A DNA stretch of 64,000 nucleotides from Cenarchaeum sp. (GTDB lineage: Archaea > Thermoproteota > Nitrososphaeria > Nitrososphaerales > Nitrosopumilaceae). Position numbers and translations under genes: made by a program. The notes beneath the pieces are model-generated. The model did not search any database. It had not been told where the DNA came from and was given only the letters and a program-made list of their open reading frames with translations. Each line of letters opens with the position of its first letter. Within the stretch, counting starts at the first letter, position 1. This document shows positions 50,608 to 60,011 of the stretch, one piece after another. Location: NCBI GenBank assembly GCA_965242695.1, contig CBDESU010000001.1, forward strand, positions 1,472,001 through 1,536,000. The letters are read 5' to 3'.

Positions 50608-51348
50608 GTGGCCGAGGCGGGCGGGTCCGGAGGAGGCGCCGTCGTCCGCGTCGACTCGCTCGACTCGGGCTACATGGGCAACCACATCCTGTTCGGCGTC
50701 GACTTTGAGGCGCTCGAGGGCCTCATAACCGTCATCGTGGGGCCCAACGGGAGCGGCAAGAGCACGCTCCTCAAGAGCATGTTCGGGCTGTGCACGATAC
50801 ACTCTGGGACGATCAGGGTGCGCGGGGTCGACATTACGGGGATGGCCCCCCACGAGGTGGCCCGCCAGAGGATCGCGTACCTCCCGCAGGTCAACAACGT
50901 CTTTGCCAACCTGACGGTCCTCGAGAACCTCGCGATGGCCGGATACACGCTCGGCCGCCAGGATGCGGGGGAGCGCATACCGCCGCTGCTCGAGACGTTT
51001 CCCGTCCTCGGCCGCCTCCGGTCGTCAAAGGCCGGCGTGCTCAGCGGCGGCGAGCGGCAGATGCTCGGAATGGCGATGGCGCTGGTCCGCCGCCCGACCG
51101 TCATGCTGTTCGACGAGCCTACTGCGAGCCTCTCGCCGCGCCTTGCCGGCGAGGTGCTCGCCAAGATACGCGAGATGAAGGAGGAGTTTGGGATAACGGT
51201 GGTCCTGGTCGAGCAGAACGTGGAGCGGGCGCTCGGCATCGGCGACCGCGTATACCTGCTGGCCAACGGCAAGAACGTGTTCGACGGCAGTCCCGACGAC
51301 CTGCGAAGGCAGCCCGACCTCGGCAGGCTGTACCTGGGGATCGGATAG
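50608..51348 (+). CDS. livF: branched-chain amino acid ABC transporter ATPase (LivF-like)
   Basis: GPNGSGKST, LSGGERQML, DEPTASLSP, VEQN. Confidence 0.85.
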   Translation: MAEAGGSGGGAVVRVDSLDSGYMGNHILFGVDFEALEGLITVIVGPNGSGKSTLLKSMFGLCTIHSGTIRVRGVDITGMAPHEVARQRIAYLPQVNNVFANLTVLENLAMAGYTLGRQDAGERIPPLLETFPVLGRLRSSKAGVLSGGERQMLGMAMALVRRPTVMLFDEPTASLSPRLAGEVLAKIREMKEEFGITVVLVEQNVERALGIGDRVYLLANGKNVFDGSPDDLRRQPDLGRLYLGIG

Positions 51349-51547
51349 GCTCGCGGGGCCCGCGGCAGCGCATGCGCCGCGGCATCGCCCCGCCATCCTG
51401 GGGAGAGGCGGCGCATCGGGAAGGGTCGCCGGGGGCGCGCCCCGCGGCGCGGGGAGGGGCAGGGGGCGGCCGCGACGGGCCCCCCACCGGCGAAGCGAAA
51501 AATGGCGGAACCGCTACCCGGGTGTCCGCCTTGGGTAGTCGGCCTTG

Positions 51548-52357
51548 CTAGCCGACCTTTGCCCTGAACTTCTTGTAGTACTGTGCAGGTATCTTCTTGC
51601 TCATCTCGTCGAGCGTGCCCTTCGCCGGGAGGCGAGGCGCGCCGCCGACTGCCTTGACGAGCTTTTTGTTGACCCCGATGGTCCTTTCGTTGTCGTCGTA
51701 GGAGCGACCGAACTTGTCCCGGATGGCCTTGGTGATGACCACGACCCTCGGCGAGTATGGCGGCCTGCCAGGCTTTTTCCTGGCCTTCCACGGGTCGCCC
51801 ATCTTGTCTGCCACCGTCCTAGCCTTTGTGGCGTATGCGACAGCCGCCTTCACCTTGAACGGCGGTGCGGCTGCTGCCTTGCGCCCGGGCTTCGGGCCGG
51901 GCTTGCGCCCAGCCGTCTTGCGGCCTGGCTTCGGGCCGGGCTTGCGCCCGGGCTTGCGCCCAGCCGTCTTGCGGCCTGGCTTCGGGCCGGGCTTGCGCCC
52001 AGCCGTCTTGCGGCCTGGCTTCGGGCCGGGCTTGCGCCCAGCCGTCTTGCGGCCTGGCTTCGGGCCGGGCTTGCGCCCGGGCTTCGGGCCGGGCTTGCGC
52101 CCAGCCGTCTTGCGGCCTGGCTTCGGGCCGGGCTTGCGCCCAGCCGTCTTGCGGCCTGGCTTCGGGCCGGGCTTGCGCCCGGGCTTCGGGCCGGGCTTGC
52201 GCCCAGCCGTCTTGCGGCCTGGCTTCGGGCCGGGCTTGCGCCCCGTCTTCTTTCCTGACCCCTTGGAGCCGGAACTGGAGGCGCGCCCCTCCCTTGCCAA
52301 GACCGTGGTTTGCCTGGATGTAGATGTGAGACTGCGTCGTACTGGTGTCTTGTTCAT
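51548..52357 (-). CDS. very basic repeat protein (GRKPGPKP/GRKTA) with C-terminal transposase-N-terminal-like helical domain
   Basis: Lys/Arg/Pro/Gly repeats; GRPPYSP..FGRSYDD.E..LPAKGTL. Confidence 0.65.
   Translation of the reverse strand: MNKTPVRRSLTSTSRQTTVLAREGRASSSGSKGSGKKTGRKPGPKPGRKTAGRKPGPKPGRKPGPKPGRKTAGRKPGPKPGRKTAGRKPGPKPGRKPGPKPGRKTAGRKPGPKPGRKTAGRKPGPKPGRKTAGRKPGRKPGPKPGRKTAGRKPGPKPGRKAAAAPPFKVKAAVAYATKARTVADKMGDPWKARKKPGRPPYSPRVVVITKAIRDKFGRSYDDNERTIGVNKKLVKAVGGAPRLPAKGTLDEMSKKIPAQYYKKFRAKVG
51879..52242. repeat. mixed 39/24/12-bp coding tandem repeat
   Basis: gggcttgcgcccagccgtcttgcggcctggcttcgggcc units. Confidence 0.95.
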
Positions 52358-52496
52358 GGGCCGCCGATGATCGGGATTCTTTTAACTGTGCTGTGTCTAA
52401 TGTTTTTTTGCGGCGGGTCTATTTTATTTCACCCCTTTTGCGGCCCGGCGCCCTGAACGCGATCGCAAGTCGGGGGCAGGGGCGCCGTCCGCCCCC

Positions 52497-52938
52497 GAAT
52501 CGCGCCCAAAAAGCGCCCCAGAATGCGATCGCATCGGGCAGGGGCGCGATTTGGCGCCGGATCAGCCGCCGATTGCGGGTCGAACGCGCGATTTGTGCCG
52601 CGCGGGTCGATTTTATTTCACCATTTTCGGGGCCGGGCGCGGCCGGAAATGCGATCGCCAGCCTGGCAGGAGCCTCGGATCGGGCAGAATCGCGCCCAAA
52701 AAGCGCCCCAGAATGCGATCGCATCGGGCAGGGGCGCGATTTGGCGCCGGATCAGCCGCCGATTGCGGGTCGAACGCGCGATTTGTGCCGCGCGGGTCGA
52801 TTTTATTTCACCATTTTCGGGGCCGGGCGCGGCCGGAAATGCGATCGCCAGCCTGGCAGGAGCCTCGGATCGGGCAGAATCGCGCCCAAAAAGCGCCCCA
52901 GAATGCGATCGCATCGGGCAGGGGCGCGATTTGGCGCC
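52497..52938. repeat. 190-bp tandem repeat (2.3 copies), non-coding
   Basis: units start at 52497, 52687, 52877; degenerate partial copy at ~52410-52470. Confidence 0.95.
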
Positions 52939-53185
52939 AAGTCCGCGCGGCTGCAATCGATCGCATGATTTGGCGCCGCTACGGGAAATTCACCAGCGGG
53001 TTGCTTTTTTGCGCGGATGCGATCGCCCTGCTTTCCGGCATGCGATCGCCTAACGTCCCGCCGAACCGGCCCATTTTCGCGCGGATGCGATCGCCCTGCT
53101 TTCCGGCATGCGATCGCATGCCTTGGCGTCAGATAGATTCGTCGGAAGGCCGCGCCGCCATGCCGGTGCGCCGGCGCCTGCGGCG

Positions 53186-55369
53186 CTACATCCGGGGCGG
53201 CGCATCTATGCCGATCAGTCCGAGCGCCTTTTTCAGGGCAGACGTGAACGAGGCCACCAGGCACAGGCGGGAGTTGGTCAGCGCGGCGTCCGATGCGTCT
53301 ATGACCCTGACGTGCTCGTAGAAGGCGTTGAACGCAACTGCCAGGTCTCGGCAGTACCTTGCAATCACCTTTGGCGACAGGTTTGCCGACGCCTCGGCGA
53401 CGCGGACGTCGAGCATGCCGATTGTCCTGACGAGCGCCATCTCGCGCTCGCCCGCAAGGCGGCCAAAGTCGGCCGCGTCCAGATCGGGCGCCCTGCCGGC
53501 CTTTTCAAGGACTCGGGCGGCGCGCGCGTGCGCGTACTGGATGTACGATGCCGTGTCGCCCTCGAGGCTTAGCGACTTTGCGGCGTCGAACGCGATCACC
53601 TTGTCGAGATCCTGCCTGACCATCTCGTAGCGCACGGTCGCCACCGCCACGGCATCGGCTATGCGCCCGACCTCGCCGGCGTCTAGGGCGCTGTTGCGCT
53701 TGAGCGTCTCGGCGCTGGCCCTCTCGCGCAGCATCGAGAGGATCGACTCGGCGCTCACGTACAGCCCCCGCCGGCCCGACATCTGCGCCGCCTTGCCGCC
53801 GGTGTCCAGCCCGAGCGACGCCGCGGTCGAGGCGCTGAGCGTGACCGACTCGTACGACAGGTGCATGTGGCCGCCGCCCTCCCCGGGATCCCGCCCGCCG
53901 CCCGCGCCTTCCGCGGGACACATTCCGCCGACTACCCCCGCGACGATCTGCTGGAGGCGCGACTGGCGCGAGTCTATGACCGCGATGGACGTGGATCCCG
54001 AAAACGGCGAGGTTCCGGTGCCGCCGCCGCCGCTGCCGTTGTCGGCGCTGCCGCCCTGCCCATCCTTGCGCAGGACGGTGCGCACGAGCCGCCTGCCCGG
54101 CTGCCTTGCGCCGTCGGACGTGGCGTACTCTTCGTACGCGAAAGGGTCGCCTACGAGCCCCAGCTTCCATGCCGCGTACGGAATGTCCTTTGCGACGTAC
54201 GTGGCGGTTCCGTCGCTCCTCACGATCACCTTGTCCGCCGAAAATTCGTCGCCCTTGTCGTCCTTGGCGGATGCGTCGTCCTTGTCGTCCTTGGCGGATG
54301 CATCGTCCTTGGCGGATGCATCGTCCTTGGCGGATGCATCGTCCTTGGCGGATGCATCATCCTTGGCGGATGCATCGTCCTTGTCGTCCTTGGCGGATGC
54401 GTCGTCCGCCCGAAACACCCAACATCCGGCGTTCTTCTCGGCCGTCGCCGGCTCTAGCTCGACGATCCCGCCCGCCCTCATCGCATCGAACGCGTTCGCC
54501 CACATGCCCGACCTGACGATCTGCGACTCGTAGTTGAGGCAGTCGTACGAGGCGCCGAGCGACCAGCACGTGCGCAGCTGGCACTCCAGAACCCGCGACG
54601 TCACGGCCTCGGCCGTGCGGGCCGACTCGGTCCCGCCGGACTCGATCTCCCTCAGGACCTCTGACCGCCTGGCAGACAGGCCCGGATCCGAGTCGTACCG
54701 GGCCGTCACCGCAACGTACACCTCGTCGCCGCAGTACGCATCGAACGGCATTCCCTCGGGCGGCTCCCGCGCAAGACCGAGGTTCTCGAACCCGACGACG
54801 ACGTCGGCCACCTGCGCGCCCGAGTCGTCAATGTAGTTGAGGACGCGCACGTCGTGCCCAGAGTACGACAGTATGCGCGCGACCGAGTCGCCGACGACCA
54901 CGTTCCTTACGTGCCCTATGTGCAGCGCCTTGTTCGGGTTGACGCTCGTGTGCTCGACGACGACAGGCCGGCCCCGGCCGATCTCGGCGCGGCCGTACCC
55001 CTCGCGGACGGACTCGCGTATGATGCTCCCCGCAAGGGCGCCGGCCTCCGCCTCTAGGTTGACGTACCCCGACCGGTGGGCCGAGGCGCGCATGAGCGGC
55101 GGCGATCCGTCCCCGCCGTCGCCGTCGCCCTCCGCGGCCGCGGCCGCCCGGTTGTACTCTTCTGCGATCGCCTCCGCGATCTCGGCGGGCCTCCTGCCTG
55201 CGCCCCTGGCAAGGACGAACGCCGCGTTGCACGACAGGTCGCCGAACCCGGGCCTCGCCGGAGACACCGCGTACGGGGCCGAGTCGGCCGCCGCGCCGGC
55301 AAGCCCCGCGGCCTTGACGGCCCTTTCGATCGCCGCCTCGGCGGCCTCAATCATGGCGCGGTACGCCAT
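53186..55369 (-). CDS. argS: arginine--tRNA ligase
   Basis: EHTSVNPNKALHIGHVRN, RSDGTATY, MSGRRG, GDTASYIQYAHAR, DALR domain. Confidence 0.95.
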   Translation of the reverse strand: MAYRAMIEAAEAAIERAVKAAGLAGAAADSAPYAVSPARPGFGDLSCNAAFVLARGAGRRPAEIAEAIAEEYNRAAAAAEGDGDGGDGSPPLMRASAHRSGYVNLEAEAGALAGSIIRESVREGYGRAEIGRGRPVVVEHTSVNPNKALHIGHVRNVVVGDSVARILSYSGHDVRVLNYIDDSGAQVADVVVGFENLGLAREPPEGMPFDAYCGDEVYVAVTARYDSDPGLSARRSEVLREIESGGTESARTAEAVTSRVLECQLRTCWSLGASYDCLNYESQIVRSGMWANAFDAMRAGGIVELEPATAEKNAGCWVFRADDASAKDDKDDASAKDDASAKDDASAKDDASAKDDASAKDDKDDASAKDDKGDEFSADKVIVRSDGTATYVAKDIPYAAWKLGLVGDPFAYEEYATSDGARQPGRRLVRTVLRKDGQGGSADNGSGGGGTGTSPFSGSTSIAVIDSRQSRLQQIVAGVVGGMCPAEGAGGGRDPGEGGGHMHLSYESVTLSASTAASLGLDTGGKAAQMSGRRGLYVSAESILSMLRERASAETLKRNSALDAGEVGRIADAVAVATVRYEMVRQDLDKVIAFDAAKSLSLEGDTASYIQYAHARAARVLEKAGRAPDLDAADFGRLAGEREMALVRTIGMLDVRVAEASANLSPKVIARYCRDLAVAFNAFYEHVRVIDASDAALTNSRLCLVASFTSALKKALGLIGIDAPPRM
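54254..54406 (-). repeat. 18-bp/9-bp coding repeat (DDASAK x7, DDK) in argS
   Basis: direct reading, in frame. Confidence 0.95.
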
Positions 55370-56086
55370 TCAGCCCGCCGCCTGCCCTGCCGAGGCGGAC
55401 AGGAGCAGCCCCTCGAGCCTGCCGATCGCCTCGATCACGCCGCCGCCTGCGGCCGCCTCGGTGGTCATCGTGGCCGCCGCCCTTGTCGAGTCCGGCGCGT
55501 TGGCAAGGGCCACGCTCGTGCCGGCCCTCCTGAACATGGCCTCGTCGGTCTCGCTGTCCCCTATGGCGATTATGTCGGGCCTCTCGGCTCCGAGCATGCG
55601 CGCGGCGTGCTCTAGCCCCGTCCCCTTGTCGACGCCGGCCGAGTTGATGTGGTACGCAAAGAGGCTGTCTGACAGGGAGACTCCGAGGCCCCTCTCGGAG
55701 ACTATGCGCCTTGCCGCGCCGAGATCGAACGTCCGCTCGAGGACGACCTCGGTGAGCCTCGGAAACACGGGCTTTTGCCGGACGCCGGCGATCTCGGACT
55801 CTATTATCCGCAGCGCCTCGATGCAGGCGGCCTGGTCGCCGACCAGGGCGTGCTCGTCCGGGCCGGTCGTAATGCAGCCGCCGTTCTCGCCGACGGCGAC
55901 CCTCGTCGTCCCGCCGAACACGGCGAGCAGGTACGCCTCGACCGACGACCTGCCCGAGACGAACACGACGTTGTGGCCTGCCGAGACGACGTCGCGGAGG
56001 GCGCCGAGCGCGGCAAGGTCTATCGTGCCGGCGCCGTCGACGGTTATAGTCCCGTCTATATCGACGGCAAGCGTTGCGCGCCCCAC
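55370..56086 (-). CDS. HAD-IIB phosphoglycolate phosphatase (archaeal SPP-like)
   Basis: DIDGTIT, SGR, ENGG, DKG, GDSETD. Confidence 0.9.
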   Translation of the reverse strand: MGRATLAVDIDGTITVDGAGTIDLAALGALRDVVSAGHNVVFVSGRSSVEAYLLAVFGGTTRVAVGENGGCITTGPDEHALVGDQAACIEALRIIESEIAGVRQKPVFPRLTEVVLERTFDLGAARRIVSERGLGVSLSDSLFAYHINSAGVDKGTGLEHAARMLGAERPDIIAIGDSETDEAMFRRAGTSVALANAPDSTRAAATMTTEAAAGGGVIEAIGRLEGLLLSASAGQAAG

Positions 56087-56141
56087 GGCCCGCGGGTGGC
56101 CGGGGCGGCGGTAATAACGGTTTGCGCGGCGGCCTGCGCGG

Positions 56142-56834
56142 TCAGGCGGGCGGGCGCGTCCGCCTGTCCTCGTACGTGTCCACCTTGCCGGTCCGGCTGT
56201 CCGAGTAGTGCGGCTGATGGCCGAACTCGAGGTACATCCTGAAGAACAGGGCGTACCTCTTGATCTCGGGGCGCCGGTCGGACCCCTTCTCGAGCCGGCG
56301 GTACGCCGACAGGGCCCGCCCGACGTCCTGCGGCGCAAATATTGCCGAGGCGCCGGCCGTCATCGAGATGCTCGGCAGTGCGATGATCCTCGCAAAGACG
56401 CCCAGTCCTGCATGCTCCGTCATGCTCATGCCGCGGTCGCAGATCGTGACGGTTCCGCCGCCGAGCATGTCGGCAAGCTCGACGGTGCAGGCCGCGGGAT
56501 CCGCTCGGCCGACCCTGTAGAGCGACGTCTTGGCCGACAGCATGGCCCTGAGCAGGCGCCTGCGCGCCGCGCTCGCCACGCTCTCGATCCCCCCGATGCC
56601 CTCGACGTAGCTCTCGAGCGCCGTCTTCCCGCCGCGCCGCACATCGCTGATGGAAAAGTCGTACAGGCCTGGAATGTCGTTCCCATCGATCTCGATCTTG
56701 CCCCCGCGGATTCCCAGGCCGAGCAGCCCCGCCGCGGCCCTGAGCCGGTCCTCGTCGACGTAGTTCGCCAGGACGTCCTCGCCTATCTCCACCTGCATGT
56801 CGCGGTACCTGAGGTACTTTTCAAAGGGCTTCAA
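56142..56834 (-). CDS. hypothetical protein
   Basis: C-terminal third of 582-aa ORF is protein-like (SLYRV...VELADML....TICD); upstream part is antisense to GTPase. Confidence 0.6.
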   Translation of the reverse strand: MKPFEKYLRYRDMQVEIGEDVLANYVDEDRLRAAAGLLGLGIRGGKIEIDGNDIPGLYDFSISDVRRGGKTALESYVEGIGGIESVASAARRRLLRAMLSAKTSLYRVGRADPAACTVELADMLGGGTVTICDRGMSMTEHAGLGVFARIIALPSISMTAGASAIFAPQDVGRALSAYRRLEKGSDRRPEIKRYALFFRMYLEFGHQPHYSDSRTGKVDTYEDRRTRPPA

Positions 56835-57003
56835 CGGGGGCGCGGCAGCGGGGGCGGATATGACCCTAGCGCCGCCGCCCCTTGGGTTCCGCGGCCCCCG
56901 GCGCCGCGGGCCCCGGCCCCGGGCAGGAACGGCGGCCCGGCTCTGCGGCCGCGCGGCGCGCTCGAATGGTATTAAGCGGCCGGCCGGCCGCGCGCGGGCC
57001 CCC

Positions 57004-58107
57004 ATGGGCATACCCGAAAAGATCAAGGCCATACAGGACGAGATGGCCCGCACGCAGGTCAACAAGGCTACCGAGCACCACCTCGGGCTGCTCAAGGCAA
57101 AGGTCGCAAAGCTGCGGCGCGAGCAGGACGACCAGCAGGCCAAAAAGTCCGGCGGGCAGTCCGACGGCTTCGACGTCAGGCGCGCCGGCGATGCGACCGT
57201 CGTGTTCATCGGGCTGCCGAGCGTCGGCAAGTCGACGCTGCTCAACAGGCTCACCGGCGCAAAGTCGGCCGTCGGCGCCTTCCAGTTCACGACCCTTACG
57301 GTCGTCCCCGGCATGATGGAGTACAAGGGGGCCCGCATACAGGTCCTCGACCTGCCGGGCATCATAAAGGGCGCCTCGTCGGGGCGGGGCCTCGGAAAGC
57401 GCATACTGTCGGTCGCGCGCAGCGCCGACCTCGTCCTGCTCGTCCTCGACGTATTCCAGCCGTACCACGAGGACGTGCTCGTCGGCGAGCTCGGCAACAT
57501 GGGAATACGGCTCAACCAGAGCCCGCCGGACGTGGTGATCGAAAAGACGCACACCGGCGGCATATCAATAGCGCAGCAGCGGCCGCTGACGCTCACGACC
57601 GAGAGGTTCGTGCGCGACCTGCTGCGGCTGTACGGGTACACTAGCGCGCGCGTCGTCATACGCGAGGACGTCACGTCCGAGCAGCTCGTCGACAGGCTCA
57701 CCGGCAACAAGACGTACGCAAAGGCGCTCACCGTCATCAACAAGATCGACCTCGTCGACGACGCGTTCGTCGAGTCGCTGCGCTCGCGCGTCCGGCCGGG
57801 GTTCGTCCAGGTCTCGGCCGACTCGGACCGCAACATCGACGTGCTGCGCGAGGAGATATACCGGAGGCTAGAGTTCATACGCGTGTACATGCGCCCAAAG
57901 GGCGGGCAGACCGACTACGACGAGCCGCTGATAATGCGGCGCGGGGCCACCATCGGGGCCGTGTGCGACAAGCTCCACCGGAGCATGAGGCGCGAGTTCA
58001 GGTACGCCCTCGTGTGGGGCGGCAGCGTAAAGTTCGGCGGGCAGCGCGTCGGGATAGGGCACGTCCTGGACGACGAGGATGTGCTGACGATCGTAAAGGC
58101 GAGGTAG
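57004..58107 (+). CDS. DRG/Rbg1-family OBG GTPase with TGS domain
   Basis: NKATEHHLGLLKAK, GLPSVGKS, FTT, DLPG, NKID, C-terminal TGS. Confidence 0.95.
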   Translation: MGIPEKIKAIQDEMARTQVNKATEHHLGLLKAKVAKLRREQDDQQAKKSGGQSDGFDVRRAGDATVVFIGLPSVGKSTLLNRLTGAKSAVGAFQFTTLTVVPGMMEYKGARIQVLDLPGIIKGASSGRGLGKRILSVARSADLVLLVLDVFQPYHEDVLVGELGNMGIRLNQSPPDVVIEKTHTGGISIAQQRPLTLTTERFVRDLLRLYGYTSARVVIREDVTSEQLVDRLTGNKTYAKALTVINKIDLVDDAFVESLRSRVRPGFVQVSADSDRNIDVLREEIYRRLEFIRVYMRPKGGQTDYDEPLIMRRGATIGAVCDKLHRSMRREFRYALVWGGSVKFGGQRVGIGHVLDDEDVLTIVKAR

Positions 58108-58323
58108 GGCCGCGGCCGCCCCCGGCGCCGCGCGCGCCGCCGCCAATCCCCCTCCCCCGCCCGCCGCGCGCGGCCGGGCCGGCCGATGGGGTTAAATGAA
58201 GGCGGCCGTGGCCAAAGACATGGAGCACAGCGCTGGATTGGCGCCGCCGCCGCCGCGCGCGGCCGGGCCGCCGCCGCGCTGCGCACGGGCGGTGCACGGG
58301 GGGGTGCTAGCGGGTTGATCAGG

Positions 58324-59964
58324 GTGCCCGCGGCGTTCAAGACGGCCCCGCGCGTGCCCCCGAGGGACGGCCGCTACCCGTGCAAGGAGTGCGGGTCGCG
58401 CACGTGGATGGCGTACAGGAGCGGCGAGACCAAGCGCGGCACAAAGGGGGTGATGCCGGCGCCCATACGGTGGTGCATGTACTGCAAGGGCCTGCGGCAC
58501 TGGTCGGGCCGCAAGATAGAGGAGCAAAAGGCGTGGGCCAACCACTACTCGTGCCTGACGTGCTCTAGCTCGACGTACCGCCTGCGGCTGTGGGTCTCGG
58601 ACGGGCTGACGCTGACGCTGCCGTACGCGTACTGCGTGACGTGCGATGCCGTGGCGGACAGGCCGATCGAGACGCGCGGCGAGCGCAAGACGGACGGGGT
58701 AAAGAAGTGCGCCGGGTGCAACGCGAGCATATCCGACAGGTACAAGTGGTGCTCGAACTGCAAGCTGCGCCAGATATACGGGCACGGCCGCCTCGGCCCC
58801 CCGCAGCGCCGCGTGCGCGCCGACGAGGCCCACATAAAGCGCAACTGCGTCGAGTGCGGGGAAGAGTACCTGCCAAACTCCGGCACGCAGCGGTTCTGCA
58901 CCGAGTGCGCGGCCGCGCGCCTGCGCACGTCGCGCCGCAAGCCGACGCCCAAGAAGAAGCCGGCCAACGAGCTAGAGGTCGAGATCGATTTTTCGGCGGT
59001 CGTCGACGACGGGGCGGAGGCCGAGGCCGAGGCCGCCGCGGCCGCGGCCGCCCGGCCGGGACGCGGAGGCAAGGGGCGGCGGAGGGGGCGCGGAGCCGCA
59101 GCCAGCGCCATCGGCGCGCTGTCGTTGATTGCGCTGGAGGCCGGCGGCGGGGCGGCCCCGGCATCGCCGATACCGCCGCCCGTGTTTGACGCATCGCTGC
59201 CATACGTGCTGTGCAGGCCGTCGAGCCTGGAGGATGTGTTTCCGGGATCGGCCGACAGGGGCGGCTCTGGGCGCGCCGCTTCCGATCCTGCCGCCGCCGA
59301 CTCGGACGGCGGGGCGGCCGCGGAGCCGGGCGCCGATGCGCCCGCAAAGCGCCGTCCCGGGAGGCCGAGGAAGACGGAGGCGGCGGCGGCCGGTTCCGAT
59401 GCGCCCGCAAAGCGCCGCCCCGGGAGGCCGAGGAGGGCGGAGGTCGAGGCGGCGGCCGGTTCCGATGCGCCCGCAAAGCGCCGCCCCGGGAGGCCGAGGA
59501 GGGCGGAGGTCGAGGCGGCGGCGGCGGCGGCGGGCACCGATGCGCCCGCAAAGCGCCGCCCCGGGAGGCCGAGGAAGACGGAGGCGGCGGCGGGCACCGA
59601 TGCGCCCGCAAAGCGCCGCCCCGGGAGGCCGAGGAGGACGGAGGTCGAGGCGGCGGCCGGTTCCGATGCGCCCGCAAAGCGCCGCCCCGGGAGGCCGAGG
59701 AGGACGGAGGCGGCGGGCGAGGCGGCGGACAGTACCGGTGCGGCCCCGGGCCTCAGGGACGCTGATACGACAGCCGGCAAGCCGCGGCGCCGCGGCCGCG
59801 GCCGGCCTTCCGGCGCCGCGGCGCCTCCAAGGGCCTCGCCGTCCGCGGCAAGGCGGCGGCCCGCCAAGGCCACGCCCCCCGCAAGGGCGGCAGGGGGGAG
59901 CAAAAAGGGTCGCACCGCATCCGGCAGGGCTGCCGCAAAAGGGGCATCGGGCCGCCGATCCTGA
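58324..59964 (+). CDS. Zn-ribbon (8 CxxC) + AT-hook repeat protein; start uncertain
   Basis: CKEC,CMYC,CLTC,CVTC,CAGC,CSNC,CVEC,CTEC; six KRRPGRPR(K/R). Confidence 0.75.
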   Translation: MPAAFKTAPRVPPRDGRYPCKECGSRTWMAYRSGETKRGTKGVMPAPIRWCMYCKGLRHWSGRKIEEQKAWANHYSCLTCSSSTYRLRLWVSDGLTLTLPYAYCVTCDAVADRPIETRGERKTDGVKKCAGCNASISDRYKWCSNCKLRQIYGHGRLGPPQRRVRADEAHIKRNCVECGEEYLPNSGTQRFCTECAAARLRTSRRKPTPKKKPANELEVEIDFSAVVDDGAEAEAEAAAAAAARPGRGGKGRRRGRGAAASAIGALSLIALEAGGGAAPASPIPPPVFDASLPYVLCRPSSLEDVFPGSADRGGSGRAASDPAAADSDGGAAAEPGADAPAKRRPGRPRKTEAAAAGSDAPAKRRPGRPRRAEVEAAAGSDAPAKRRPGRPRRAEVEAAAAAAGTDAPAKRRPGRPRKTEAAAGTDAPAKRRPGRPRRTEVEAAAGSDAPAKRRPGRPRRTEAAGEAADSTGAAPGLRDADTTAGKPRRRGRGRPSGAAAPPRASPSAARRRPAKATPPARAAGGSKKGRTASGRAAAKGASGRRS

Positions 59965-60011
59965 GCCTCGGCGCCGCGGCGGGATCGGGCCGCCGCGCAG
60001 TCCGGCCGCAG

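Noticed and set aside
51879-52242. Short-repeat array as CRISPR or + strand ORFs
   Set aside because: Unit lengths are multiples of 3 with no spacers; best explained as coding repeats of the - strand basic protein
52497-52938. Possible CRISPR array
   Set aside because: Whole 190-bp units are identical, with no unique spacers and no cas genes
56142-57890. 582-aa - strand ORF overlapping the GTPase
   Set aside because: Portion above ~56840 is antisense to the DRG GTPase; only the C-terminal ~230 aa looks coding
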